A DNA stretch of 64,000 bases, taken from the NCBI RefSeq assembly GCF_009914755.1, contig NC_060930.1. The stretch is one strand, 5' to 3'. The translations under genes were made by a program, and so were the position numbers. Positions 39,257 to 53,023 of this stretch are shown here, in pieces; the stretch's first letter is position 1; each line of letters begins with the position of its first letter. The DNA is from the human T2T-CHM13v2.0 reference genome, Homo sapiens. The notes under the pieces are model-generated. The model saw only the letters and a program-made list of their open reading frames with translations. It was not told the origin of the DNA and made no database searches.

Positions 39257-41807
39257 TGTAGTATTTGCATGTGTATATTTAGAGCGCATTGAAGCCCACA
39301 GTAGAAAAGGAAATAACTTCACCTAAAACCTAGACAGAAGCAATCTCAGAAACTACTTTGTGATGTGTACATTCAACTCACAGAGTGGAACTTTCCTCTT
39401 TATAGAGCAGTGTTGAAACACTCTTTTTGTAGAAACTGCAAGTGGATATTTGGACCTCTTTGAGGCCTTCGTTGGAAACGGGATTTCTTCCTATAACCCT
39501 AGACAGAAGAATTTTCAGAAACCTCATTGTGATGTGTGCGTTCATCTCACAGAGTGGAGTCTTCCGTTTGATAGAGAAGTTTTGAAACCCTGTTCTTGTA
39601 GGATTTCCAAGTGGATATTTAGACCACTTTGAAGCCTATGATAGAAAAGGAAACATCTTCATGGAAAACATAGATAGAATCATCCTCAGAAACAACTTTG
39701 TGATGTGTGCGTTGAACTCACCGTCTTTAACCTTTCTTTTGGTAGAGAAGTTTTGAAACACTCTCTTTGTAAAGTCTACAAGTGGATATTTTGAGCCCTT
39801 GGAGGCATTCTTTGGAAAAGGGAATGTCTTCACATAAAAGGCAGACGGAAGTGTTCTCAGAAACTGCTTTGTGATGTCTGTGTTCAACTCACAGAGTTTA
39901 ACATTTCCTTTGATAGAGCGGTTTAGTAACCCTCTCTTTGTAGAATTTGGAAGTGTATACTAAGAGCGCTTTGAGGCCTATGGTAGAAAAGGAAATATCT
40001 TTCCATAAAAGCTAGACAGAAGCAATCTCAGAAACTCCTCTGTGATGTCTGCATTCAACTCACCGAGTGGAACATTCCTCTTGAGAGAGCAGTTTGGAAA
40101 CACTCTTTCTGTAGAATCAGCTTGTTTGTATTTGGACCTCCTTGAGGCCTTCGTTGGAAACGGGTTTTCATCTTATAAACCCAGACAGAAGAATTCTCAG
40201 AGTCTTCTTTGTGATGTGTGCTTTCAACTCACCGAGATAAAGATTTCTCTTGATAGAGCAATTTGGAAACACTCTTTTTGTAGAATTTGCAAGGGTACAT
40301 TGAGAGCGCTTTCAGGCCTATGGTAGAAAAGGGAATATCTTTCCATAAAAGGTAGACAGAAGCAATCTCAGAAACTACTTTGTGATGTGTGCATTCAACT
40401 CACCGAGTGCAACGTTCCTCTTGACCGAGCAGTTTGGAAACATTGTTTCTGTAGAATCTGCAAGTGGATATTTGGACCTCTTTGAGGCCTTCGTTGGAAA
40501 CGGGATTTCTTCCTATAAACCCAGACAGAAGAATTCTCAGAGACTTCTTTGTGATGTGTGAATTCAACTCACAGTGTGGATCCTTCCTTTTGATAGAGCA
40601 GTTTTGAAACCCTGTTTTTGTAGTATTTCCAAGCGGATATTTGGAACGCCTTGAAGCGTATGGTAGAAAAGGAAATATCTTCCCATAAAACCTAGACAGA
40701 ACCAATCTCAGAAACGACTTTGTGATGTCTGCATTCAAGTCACAGAGTTGAACATTTCTCTTGATAGAGCAGTTTTGAAACCCTCTTTCTGAAGGATCTG
40801 CAAGTGGATATTTGGAACTCCTTTGGGTCTTCGTTGGAAACGGGATTTCTTCGTATAAATCTAGACAGAAGAATTCTCAGAAACTTCCTTGTGATGTGTG
40901 CATTCAACTCAGCGAGTGGCACCTTCCTTTGGATACAGCAGTTTTGAAACACTGTTTTTGTAGTATTTCCAAGCGGATATTTAGAGCGCCTTGAAGCCTA
41001 TGCTAGAAATGGAAATATCTCCCCATAAAACCAAGACGGAAGCAATCTCAGAAACTAATGTGTGATGGCTGCATTCCACACACACGGTGGACCATTTCTC
41101 TTGATAGAGCAGTTTTGAAACACTCTTTCTGTAGAATCTGCAAGTGGATAATTGGACCTCCGAGAGGCCTTCGTTGGAAACGGGATTTCTTCATCTAAAC
41201 CTACAGAGAAGTATTCTCAGTAACTTCTTCGGATGTGTGCATTCGACGCACAGAATGGAACATTCCCTTTGATAGAGCAGTTTTGAGACACCGTTTTTGT
41301 AGAATTCCCAAGTGGATATTTAGAGCACTTTGAAGTGTCTGCTAGAAAAGGAAACATCATCATGTAAAAAGTAGATAGAATCGTTCTCAGAAAGTGCTTA
41401 GTGTCGTGTGCGTTCAACTCACAGAGTTTAACGTTTCTTTTGATAGAGCGTTTCTGAAACACCCTTCTTGTAGTAGCTGCAAGTGGATATTTGGACCTAT
41501 TGGAGGCCTTCTTTGGAAATGGGATTTCTTCATGTAACTCTAGATTGAAGAATTCTCAGAAACTCCTTTGTGATGTGTGCATTCAATTCAAAGAGTGAAA
41601 CCTCCCTTTTCACAGAGCAGTTTTGAAACACTGTTTTTGTAGGATTTCCAAGGGGATATTTATAGCGCATTGAGCCTACGGCGGAAAAAGAAACATCTTC
41701 CTATAAAAACTAGAGAGAATACTTCTCAGAATCTGCTTTGCGATGTGTGCGTTCAACTCACAGAGTAAAACTTTTCTTTTGATAGAGCAGTTTTGAAACA
41801 CTCTTTT
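39257..41807 (+). repeat. HOR unit U15, 15-mer (S)
   Basis: Spacing 39450->42001 = 2551. Confidence 0.97.
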
Positions 41808-44358
41808 TGTAGTATTTGCATGTGTATATTTAGAGCGCATTGAAGCCCACAGTAGAAAAGGAAATAACTTCACCTAAAACCTAGACAGAAGCAATCTCAG
41901 AAACTACTTTGTGATGTGTACATTCAACTCACAGAGTGGAACTTTCCTCTTTATAGAGCAGTGTTGAAACACTCTTTTTGTAGAAACTGCAAGTGGATAT
42001 TTGGACCTCTTTGAGGCCTTCGTTGGAAACGGGATTTCTTCCTATAACCCTAGACAGAAGAATTTTCAGAAACCTCATTGTGATGTGTGCGTTCATCTCA
42101 CAGAGTGGAGTCTTCCGTTTGATAGAGAAGTTTTGAAACCCTGTTCTTGTAGGATTTCCAAGTGGATATTTAGACCACTTTGAAGCCTATGATAGAAAAG
42201 GAAACATCTTCATGGAAAACATACATAGAATCATCCTCAGAAACAACTTTGTGATGTGTGCGTTGAACTCACCGTCTTTAACCTTTCTTTTGGTAGAGAA
42301 GTTTTGAAACACTCTCTTTGTAAAGTCTACAAGTGGATATTTTGAGCCCTTGGAGGCATTCTTTGGAAAAGGGAATGTCTTCACATAAAAGGCAGACGGA
42401 AGTGTTCTCAGAAACTGCTTTGTGATGTCTGTGTTCAACTCACAGAGTTTAACATTTCCTTTGATAGAGCGGTTTAGTAACCCTCTCTTTGTAGAATTTG
42501 GAAGTGTATACTAAGAGCGCTTTGAGGCCTATGGTAGAAAAGGAAATATCTTTCCATAAAAGCTAGACAGAAGCAATCTCAGAAACTCCTCTGTGATGTC
42601 TGCATTCAACTCACCGAGTGGAACATTCCTCTTGAGAGAGCAGTTTGGAAACACTCTTTCTGTAGAATCAGCTTGTTTGTATTTGGACCTCCTTGAGGCC
42701 TTCGTTGGAAACGGGTTTTCATCTTATAAACCCAGACAGAAGAATTCTCAGAGTCTTCTTTGTGATGTGTGCTTTCAACTCACCGAGATAAAGATTTCTC
42801 TTGATAGAGCAATTTGGAAACACTCTTTTTGTAGAATTTGCAAGGGTACATTGAGAGCGCTTTCAGGCCTATGGTAGAAAAGGGAATATCTTTCCATAAA
42901 AGGTAGACAGAAGCAATCTCAGAAACTACTTTGTGATGTGTGCATTCAACTCACCGAGTGCAACGTTCCTCTTGACCGAGCAGTTTGGAAACATTGTTTC
43001 TGTAGAATCTGCAAGTGGATATTTGGACCTCTTTGAGGCCTTCGTTGGAAACGGGATTTCTTCCTATAAACCCAGACAGAAGAATTCTCAGAGACTTCTT
43101 TGTGATGTGTGAATTCAACTCACAGTGTGGATCCTTCCTTTTGATAGAGCAGTTTTGAAACCCTGTTTTTGTAGTATTTCCAAGCGGATATTTGGAACGC
43201 CTTGAAGCGTATGGTAGAAAAGGAAATATCTTCCCATAAAACCTAGACAGAACCAATCTCAGAAACGACTTTGTGATGTCTGCATTCAAGTCACAGAGTT
43301 GAACATTTCTCTTGATAGAGCAGTTTTGAAACCCTCTTTCTGAAGGATCTGCAAGTGGATATTTGGAACTCCTTTGGGTCTTCGTTGGAAACGGGATTTC
43401 TTCGTATAAATCTAGACAGAAGAATTCTCAGAAACTTCCTTGTGATGTGTGCATTCAACTCAGCGAGTGGCACCTTCCTTTGGATACAGCAGTTTTGAAA
43501 CACTGTTTTTGTAGTATTTCCAAGCGGATATTTAGAGCGCCTTGAAGCCTATGCTAGAAATGGAAATATCTCCCCATAAAACCAAGACGGAAGCAATCTC
43601 AGAAACTAATGTGTGATGGCTGCATTCCACACACACGGTGGACCATTTCTCTTGATAGAGCAGTTTTGAAACACTCTTTCTGTAGAATCTGCAAGTGGAT
43701 AATTGGACCTCCGAGAGGCCTTCGTTGGAAACGGGATTTCTTCATCTAAACCTACAGAGAAGTATTCTCAGTAACTTCTTCGGATGTGTGCATTCGACGC
43801 ACAGAATGGAACATTCCCTTTGATAGAGCAGTTTTGAGACACCGTTTTTGTAGAATTCCCAAGTGGATATTTAGAGCACTTTGAAGTCTCTGCTAGAAAA
43901 GGAAACATCATCATGTAAAAAGTAGATAGAATCGTTCTCAGAAAGTGCTTAGTGTCGTGTGCGTTCAACTCACAGAGTTTAACGTTTCTTTTGATAGAGC
44001 GTTTCTGAAACACCCTTCTTGTAGTAGCTGCAAGTGGATATTTGGACCTATTGGAGGCCTTCTTTGGAAATGGGATTTCTTCATGTAACTCTAGATTGAA
44101 GAATTCTCAGAAACTCCTTTGTGATGTGTGCATTCAATTCAAAGAGTGAAACCTCCCTTTTCACAGAGCAGTTTTGAAACACTGTTTTTGTAGGATTTCC
44201 AAGGGGATATTTATAGCGCATTGAGCCTACGGCGGAAAAAGAAACATCTTCCTATAAAAACTAGAGAGAATACTTCTCAGAATCTGCTTTGCGATGTGTG
44301 CGTTCAACTCACAGAGTAAAACTTTTCTTTTGATAGAGCAGTTTTGAAACACTCTTTT
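41808..44358 (+). repeat. HOR unit U16, 15-mer (S)
   Basis: Spacing 42001->44552 = 2551. Confidence 0.97.
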
Positions 44359-47300
44359 TGTAGTATTTGCATGTGTATATTTAGAGCGCATTGAAGCCCA
44401 CAGTAGAAAAGGAAATAACTTCACCTAAAACCTAGACAGAAGCAATCTCAGAAACTACTTTGTGATGTGTACATTCAACTCACAGAGTGGAACTTTCCTC
44501 TTTATAGAGCAGTGTTGAAACACTCTTTTTGTAGAAACTGCAAGTGGATATTTGGACCTCTTTGAGGCCTTCGTTGGAAACGGGATTTCTTCCTATAACC
44601 CTAGACAGAAGAATTTTCAGAAACCTCATTGTGATGTGTGCGTTCATCTCACAGAGTGGAGTCTTCCGTTTGATAGAGAAGTTTTGAAACCCTGTTCTTG
44701 TAGGATTTCCAAGTGGATATTTAGACCACTTTGAAGCCTATGATAGAAAAGGAAACATCTTCATGGAAAACATAGATAGAATCATCCTCAGAAACAACTT
44801 TGTGATGTGTGCGTTGAACTCACCGTCTTTAACCTTTCTTTTGGTAGAGAAGTTTTGAAACACTCTCTTTGTAAAGTCTACAAGTGGATATTTTGAGCCC
44901 TTGGAGGCATTCTTTGGAAAAGGGAATGTCTTCACATAAAAGGCAGACGGAAGTGTTCTCAGAAACTGCTTTGTGATGTCTGTGTTCAACTCACAGAGTT
45001 TAACATTTCCTTTGATAGAGCGGTTTAGTAACCCTCTCTTTGTAGAATTTGGAAGTGTATACTAAGAGCGCTTTGAGGCCTATGGTAGAAAAGGAAATAT
45101 CTTTCCATAAAAGCTAGACAGAAGCAATCTCAGAAACTCCTTTGCGATGTCTGCATTCAACTCACCGAGTGGAACATTCCTCTTGAGAGAGCAGTTTGGA
45201 AACACTCTTTCTGTAGAATCAGCTTGTTTGTATTTGGACCTCCTTGAGGCCTTCGTTGGAAACGGGTTTTCATCTTATAAACCCAGACAGAAGAATTCTC
45301 AGAGTCTTCTTTGTGATGTGTGCTTTCAACTCACCGAGATAAAGATTTCTCTTGATAGAGCAATTTGGAAACACTCTTTTTGTAGAATTTGCAAGGGTAC
45401 ATTGAGAGCGCTTTCAGGCCTATGGTAGAAAAGGGAATATCTTTCCATAAAAGGTAGACAGAAGCAATCTCAGAAACTACTTTGTGATGTGTGCATTCAA
45501 CTCACCGAGTGCAACGTTCCTCTTGACCGAGCAGTTTGGAAACATTGTTTCTGTAGAATCTGCAAGTGGATATTTGGACCTCTTTGAGGCCTTCGTTGGA
45601 AACGGGATTTCTTCCTATAAACCCAGACAGAAGAATTCTCAGAGACTTCTTTGTGATGTGTGAATTCAACTCACAGTGTGGATCCTTCCTTTTGATAGAG
45701 CAGTTTTGAAACCCTGTTTTTGTAGTATTTCCAAGCGGATATTTGGAACGCCTTGAAGCGTATGGTAGAAAAGGAAATATCTTCCCATAAAACCTAGACA
45801 GAACCAATCTCAGAAACGACTTTGTGATGTCTGCATTCAAGTCACAGAGTTGAACATTTCTCTTGATAGAGCAGTTTTGAAACCCTCTTTCTGAAGGATC
45901 TGCAAGTGGATATTTGGAACTCCTTTGGGTCTTCGTTGGAAACGGGATTTCTTCGTATAAATCTAGACAGAAGAATTCTCCGAAACTTCTTTGGTTGTGT
46001 GCATTCAAGTCACAGAGTGGAACCTTCCTTTGGATAGAGCAGTTTGAAACGCCGTGGTTGTAGTATTTCCAAGCGGATATTAGAGCGCCTTGAGGCCTAT
46101 GGTAGAAAAGGAAATATCTTCCCATAAAACCTAGACGGAAGCAATCTCAGAAACTACTGTGTGATGGCTGCATTCCACACACACGGTGGAACATTTCTCT
46201 TGATAGAGCAGTTTTGAAACACTCTTTCTGTAGAATCTGCAAGTGGATAATTGGACCGCCTTGAGGCCTTCGTTGGAAACGGGATTTCTTCATGTTACTC
46301 TAGATAGAAGAATTCTCAAACACTGCTATGTGATGTTTGCATTCAAGTCACAGAGTGCAACATTCCTCTTGGTAGAGCAGTTGGGAAACACTCCTTTTGT
46401 AGAATCTGCAATGGGATATTTGGACTTCTTTGAGGCCTTCGTTGGAAACGGGATTTCTTCGTATGAATCTAGACAGAAGAATTCTCAGAAACTTCCTTGT
46501 GATGTGTGCATTCAACTCAGCGAGTGGCACCTTCCTTTGGATACAGCAGTTTTGAAACACTGTTTTTGTAGTATTTCCAAGCGGATATTTAGAGCGCCTT
46601 GAAGCCTATGCTAGAAATGGAAATATCTCCCCATAAAACCAAGACAGAAGCAATCTCAGAAACTAATGTGTGATGGCTGCATTCCACACACACGGTGGAC
46701 CATTTCTCTTGATAGAGCAGTTTTGAAACACTCTTTCTGTAGAATCTGCAAGTGGATAATTGGACCTCCTAGAGGCCTTCGTTGGAAACGGGATTTCTTC
46801 ATCTAAACCTACAGAGAAGAATTCTCAGTAACTTCTTCGGATGTGTGCATTCGACGCACAGAATGGAACATTCCCTTTGATAGAGCAGTTTTGAGACACC
46901 GTTTTTGTAGAATTCCCAAGTGGATATTTAGAGCACTTTGAAGTCTCTGCTAGAAAAGGAAACATCTTCATGTAAAAAGTAGATAGAATCGTTCTCAGAA
47001 AGTGCTTAGTGACGTGTGCGTTCAACTCACAGAGTTTAACGTTTCTTTTGATAGAGCGTTTCTGAAACACCCTTCTTGTAGTAGCTGCAAGTGGATATTT
47101 GGACCTATTGGAGGCCTTCTTTGGAAACGGGATTTCTTCATGTAACTCTAGATTGAAGAATTCTCAGAAACTCCTTTGTGATGTGTGCATTCAATTCAAA
47201 GAGTGAAACCTCCCTTTTCACAGAGCAGTTTTGAAACACTGTTTTTGTAGGATTTCCAAGGGGATATTTATAGCGCATTGAGCCTACGGCGGAAAAAGAA

Positions 47301-47415
47301 ACATCTTCCTATAAAAACTAGACAGAATACTTCTCAGAATCTGCTTTGCGATGTGTGCGTTCAACTCACAGAGTAAAACTTTTCTTTTGATAGAGCAGTT
47401 TTGAAACACTCTTTT
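44359..47415 (+). repeat. HOR unit U17, 18-mer (L)
   Basis: Spacing 44552->47609 = 3057. Confidence 0.97.
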
Positions 47416-49966
47416 TGTAGTATTTGCATGTGTATATTTAGAGCGCATTGAAGCCCACAGTAGAAAAGGAAATAACTTCACCTAAAACCTAGACAGAAGC
47501 AATCTCAGAAACTACTTTGTGATGTGTACATTCAACTCACAGAGTGGAACTTTCCTCTTTATAGAGCAGTGTTGAAACACTCTTTTTGTAGAAACTGCAA
47601 GTGGATATTTGGACCTCTTTGAGGCCTTCGTTGGAAACGGGATTTCTTCCTATAACCCTAGACAGAAGAATTTTCAGAAACCTCATTGTGATGTGTGCGT
47701 TCATCTCACAGAGTGGAGTCTTCCGTTTGATAGAGAAGTTTTGAAACCCTGTTCTTGTAGGATTTCCAAGTGGATATTTAGACCACTTTGAAGCCTATGA
47801 TAGAAAAGGAAACATCTTCATGGAAAACATAGATAGAATCATCCTCAGAAACAACTTTGTGATGTGTGCGTTGAACTCACCGTCTTTAACCTTTCTTTTG
47901 GTAGAGAAGTTTTGAAACACTCTCTTTGTAAAGTCTACAAGTGGATATTTTGAGCCCTTGGAGGCATTCTTTGGAAAAGGGAATGTCTTCACATAAAAGG
48001 CAGACGGAAGTGTTCTCAGAAACTGCTTTGTGATGTCTGTGTTCAACTCACAGAGTTTAACATTTCCTTTGATAGAGCGGTTTAGTAACCCTCTCTTTGT
48101 AGAATTTGGAAGTGTATACTAAGAGCGCTTTGAGGCCTATGGTAGAAAAGGAAATATCTTTCCATAAAAGCTAGACAGAAGCAATCTCAGAAACTCCTCT
48201 GTGATGTCTGCATTCAACTCACCGAGTGGAACATTCCTCTTGAGAGAGCAGTTTGGAAACACTCTTTCTGTAGAATCAGCTTGTTTGTATTTGGACCTCC
48301 TTGAGGCCTTCGTTGGAAACGGGTTTTCATCTTATAAACCCAGACAGAAGAATTCTCAGAGTCTTCTTTGTGATGTGTGCTTTCAACTCACCGAGATAAA
48401 GATTTCTCTTGATAGAGCAATTTGGAAACACTCTTTTTGTAGAATTTGCAAGGGTACATTGAGAGCGCTTTCAGGCCTATGGTAGAAAAGGGAATATCTT
48501 TCCATAAAAGGTAGACAGAAGCAATCTCAGAAACTACTTTGTGATGTGTGCATTCAACTCACCGAGTGCAACGTTCCTCTTGACCGAGCAGTTTGGAAAC
48601 ATTGTTTCTGTAGAATCTGCAAGTGGATATTTGGACCTCTTTGAGGCCTTCATTGGAAACGGGATTTCTTCCTATAAACCCAGACAGAAGAATTCTCAGA
48701 GACTTCTTTGTGATGTGTGAATTCAACTCACAGTGTGGATCCTTCCTTTTGATAGAGCAGTTTTGAAACCCTGTTTTTGTAGTATTTCCAAGCGGATATT
48801 TGGAACGCCTTGAAGCGTATGGTAGAAAAGGAAATATCTTCCCATAAAACCTAGACAGAACCAATCTCAGAAACGACTTTGTGATGTCTGCATTCAAGTC
48901 ACAGAGTTGAACATTTCTCTTGATAGAGCAGTTTTGAAACCCTCTTTCTGAAGGATCTGCAAGTGGATATTTGGAACTCCTTTGGGTCTTCGTTGGAAAC
49001 GGGATTTCTTCGTATAAATCTAGACAGAAGAATTCTCAGAAACTTCCTTGTGATGTGTGCATTCAACTCAGCGAGTGGCACCTTCCTTTGGATACAGCAG
49101 TTTTGAAACACTGTTTTTGTAGTATTTCCAAGCGGATATTTAGAGCGCCTTGAAGCCTATGCTAGAAATGGAAATATCTCCCCATAAAACCAAGACGGAA
49201 GCAATCTCAGAAACTAATGTGTGATGGCTGCATTCCACACACACGGTGGACCATTTCTCTTGATAGAGCAGTTTTGAAACACTCTTTCTGTAGAATCTGC
49301 AAGTGGATAATTGGACCTCCGAGAGGCCTTCGTTGGAAACGGGATTTCTTCATCTAAACCTACAGAGAAGTATTCTCAGTAACTTCTTCGGATGTGTGCA
49401 TTCGACGCACAGAATGGAACATTCCCTTTGATAGAGCAGTTTTGAGACACCGTTTTTGTAGAATTCCCAAGTGGATATTTAGAGCACTTTGAAGTCTCTG
49501 CTAGAAAAGGAAACATCATCATGTAAAAAGTAGATAGAATCGTTCTCAGAAAGTGCTTAGTGTCGTGTGCGTTCAACTGACAGAGTTTAACGTTTCTTTT
49601 GATAGAGCGTTTCTGAAACACCCTTCTTGTAGTAGCTGCAAGTGGATATTTGGACCTATTGGAGGCCTTCTTTGGAAATGGGATTTCTTCATGTAACTCT
49701 AGATTGAAGAATTCTCAGAAACTCCTTTGTGATGTGTGCATTCAATTCAAAGAGTGAAACCTCTCTTTTCACAGAGCAGTTTTGAAACACTGTTTTTGTA
49801 GGATTTCCAAGGGGATATTTATAGCGCATTGAGCCTACGGCGGAAAAAGAAACATCTTCCTATAAAAACTAGACAGAATACTTCTCAGAATCTGCTTTGC
49901 GATGTGTGCGTTCAACTCACAGAGTAAAACTTTTCTTTTGATAGAGCAGTTTTGAAACACTCTTTT
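47416..49966 (+). repeat. HOR unit U18, 15-mer (S) with one mutated CENP-B box
   Basis: Spacing 47609->50160 = 2551; cttcattggaaacggga at 48648. Confidence 0.97.
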
Positions 49967-52900
49967 TGTAGTATTTGCATGTGTATATTTAGAGCGCATT
50001 GAAGCCCACAGTAGAAAAGGAAATAACTTCACCTAAAACCTAGACAGAAGCAATCTCAGAAACTACTTTGTGATGTGTACATTCAACTCACAGAGTGGAA
50101 CTTTCCTCTTTATAGAGCAGTGTTGAAACACTCTTTTTGTAGAAACTGCAAGTGGATATTTGGACCTCTTTGAGGCCTTCGTTGGAAACGGGATTTCTTC
50201 CTATAACCCTAGACAGAAGAATTTTCAGAAACCTCATTGTGATGTGTGCGTTCATCTCACAGAGTGGAGTCTTCCGTTTGATAGAGAAGTTTTGAAACCC
50301 TGTTCTTGTAGGATTTCCAAGTGGATATTTAGACCACTTTGAAGCCTATGATAGAAAAGGAAACATCTTCATGGAAAACATAGATAGAATCATCCTCAGA
50401 AACAACTTTGTGATGTGTGCGTTGAACTCACCGTCTTTAACCTTTCTTTTGGTAGAGAAGTTTTGAAACACTCTCTTTGTAAAGTCTACAAGTGGATATT
50501 TTGAGCCCTTGGAGGCATTCTTTGGAAAAGGGAATGTCTTCACATAAAAGGCAGACGGAAGTGTTCTCAGAAACTGCTTTGTGATGTCTGTGTTCAACTC
50601 ACAGAGTTTAACATTTCCTTTGATAGAGCGGTTTAGTAACCCTCTCTTTGTAGAATTTGGAAGTGTATACTAAGAGCGCTTTGAGGCCTATGGTAGAAAA
50701 GGAAATATCTTTCCATAAAAGCTAGACAGAAGCAATCTCAGAAACTCCTCTGTGATGTCTGCATTCAACTCACCGAGTGGAACATTCCTCTTGAGAGAGC
50801 AGTTTGGAAACACTCTTTCTGTAGAATCAGCTTGTTTGTATTTGGACCTCCTTGAGGCCTTCGTTGGAAACGGGTTTTCATCTTATAAACCCAGACAGAA
50901 GAATTCTCAGAGTCTTCTTTGTGATGTGTGCTTTCAACTCACCGAGATAAAGATTTCTCTTGATAGAGCAATTTGGAAACACTCTTTTTGTAGAATTTGC
51001 AAGGGTACATTGAGAGCGCTTTCAGGCCTATGGTAGAAAAGGGAATATCTTTCCATAAAAGGTAGACAGAAGCAATCTCAGAAACTACTTTGTGATGTGT
51101 GCATTCAACTCACCGAGTGCAACGTTCCTCTTGACCGAGCAGTTTGGAAACATTGTTTCTGTAGAATCTGCAAGTGGATATTTGGACCTCTTTGAGGCCT
51201 TCGTTGGAAACGGGATTTCTTCCTATAAACCCAGACAGAAGAATTCTCAGAGACTTCTTTGTGATGTGTGAATTCAACTCACAGTGTGGATCCTTCCTTT
51301 TGATAGAGCAGTTTTGAAACCCTGTTTTTGTAGTATTTCCAAGCGGATATTTGGAACGCCTTGAAGCGTATGGTAGAAAAGGAAATATCTTCCCATAAAA
51401 CCTAGACAGAACCAATCTCAGAAACGACTTTGTGATGTCTGCATTCAAGTCACAGAGTTGAACATTTCTCTTGATAGAGCAGTTTTGAAACCCTCTTTCT
51501 GAAGGATCTGCAAGTGGATATTTGGAACTCCTTTGGGTCTTCGTTGGAAACGGGATTTCTTCGTATAAATCTAGACAGAAGAATTCTCCGAAACTTCTTT
51601 GGTTGTGTGCATTCAAGTCACAGAGTGGAACCTTCCTTTGGATAGAGCAGTTTGAAACGCCGTGGTTGTAGTATTTCCAAGCGGATATTAGAGCGCCTTG
51701 AGGCCTATGGTAGAAAAGGAAATATCTTCCCATAAAACCTAGACGGAAGCAATCTCAGAAACTACTGTGTGATGGCTGCATTCCACACACACGGTGGAAC
51801 ATTTCTCTTGATAGAGCAGTTTTGAAACACTCTTTCTGTAGAATCTGCAAGTGGATAATTGGACCGCCTTGAGGCCTTCGTTGGAAACGGGATTTCTTCA
51901 TGTTACTCTAGATAGAAGAATTCTCAAACACTGCTATGTGATGTTTGCATTCAAGTCACAGAGTGCAACATTCCTCTTGGTAGAGCAGTTGGGAAACACT
52001 CCTTTTGTAGAATCTGCAATGGGATATTTGGACTTCTTTGAGGCCTTCGTTGGAAACGGGATTTCTTCGTATGAATCTAGACAGAAGAATTCTCAGAAAC
52101 TTCCTTGTGATGTGTGCATTCAACTCAGCGAGTGGCACCTTCCTTTGGATACAGCAGTTTTGAAACACTGTTTTTGTAGTATTTCCAAGCGGATATTTAG
52201 AGCGCCTTGAAGCCTATGCTAGAAATGGAAATATCTCCCCATAAAACCAAGACAGAAGCAATCTCAGAAACTAATGTGTGATGGCTGCATTCCACACACA
52301 CGGTGGACCATTTCTCTTGATAGAGCAGTTTTGAAACACTCTTTCTGTAGAATCTGCAAGTGGATAATTGGACCTCCTAGAGGCCTTCGTTGGAAACGGG
52401 ATTTCTTCATCTAAACCTACAGAGAAGAATTCTCAGTAACTTCTTCGGATGTGTGCATTCGACGCACAGAATGGAACATTCCCTTTGATAGAGCAGTTTT
52501 GAGACACCGTTTTTGTAGAATTCCCAAGTGGATATTTAGAGCACTTTGAAGTCTCTGCTAGAAAAGGAAACATCTTCATGTAAAAAGTAGATAGAATCGT
52601 TCTCAGAAAGTGCTTAGTGACGTGTGCGTTCAACTCACAGAGTTTAACGTTTCTTTTGATAGAGCGTTTCTGAAACACCCTTCTTGTAGTAGCTGCAAGT
52701 GGATATTTGGACCTATTGGAGGCCTTCTTTGGAAATGGGATTTCTTCATGTAACTCTAGATTGAAGAGTTCTCAGAAACTCCTTTGTGATGTGTGCATTC
52801 AATTCAAAGAGTGAAACCTCCCTTTTCACAGAGCAGTTTTGAAACACTGTTTTTGTAGGATTTCCAAGGGGATATTTATAGCGCATTGAGCCTACGGCGG

Positions 52901-53023
52901 AAAAAGAAACATCTTCCTATAAAAACTAGACAGAATACTTCTCAGAATCTGCTTTGCGATGTGTGCGTTCAACTCACAGAGTAAAACTTTTCTTTTGATA
53001 GAGCAGTTTTGAAACACTCTTTT
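49967..53023 (+). repeat. HOR unit U19, 18-mer (L)
   Basis: Spacing 50160->53217 = 3057. Confidence 0.97.
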
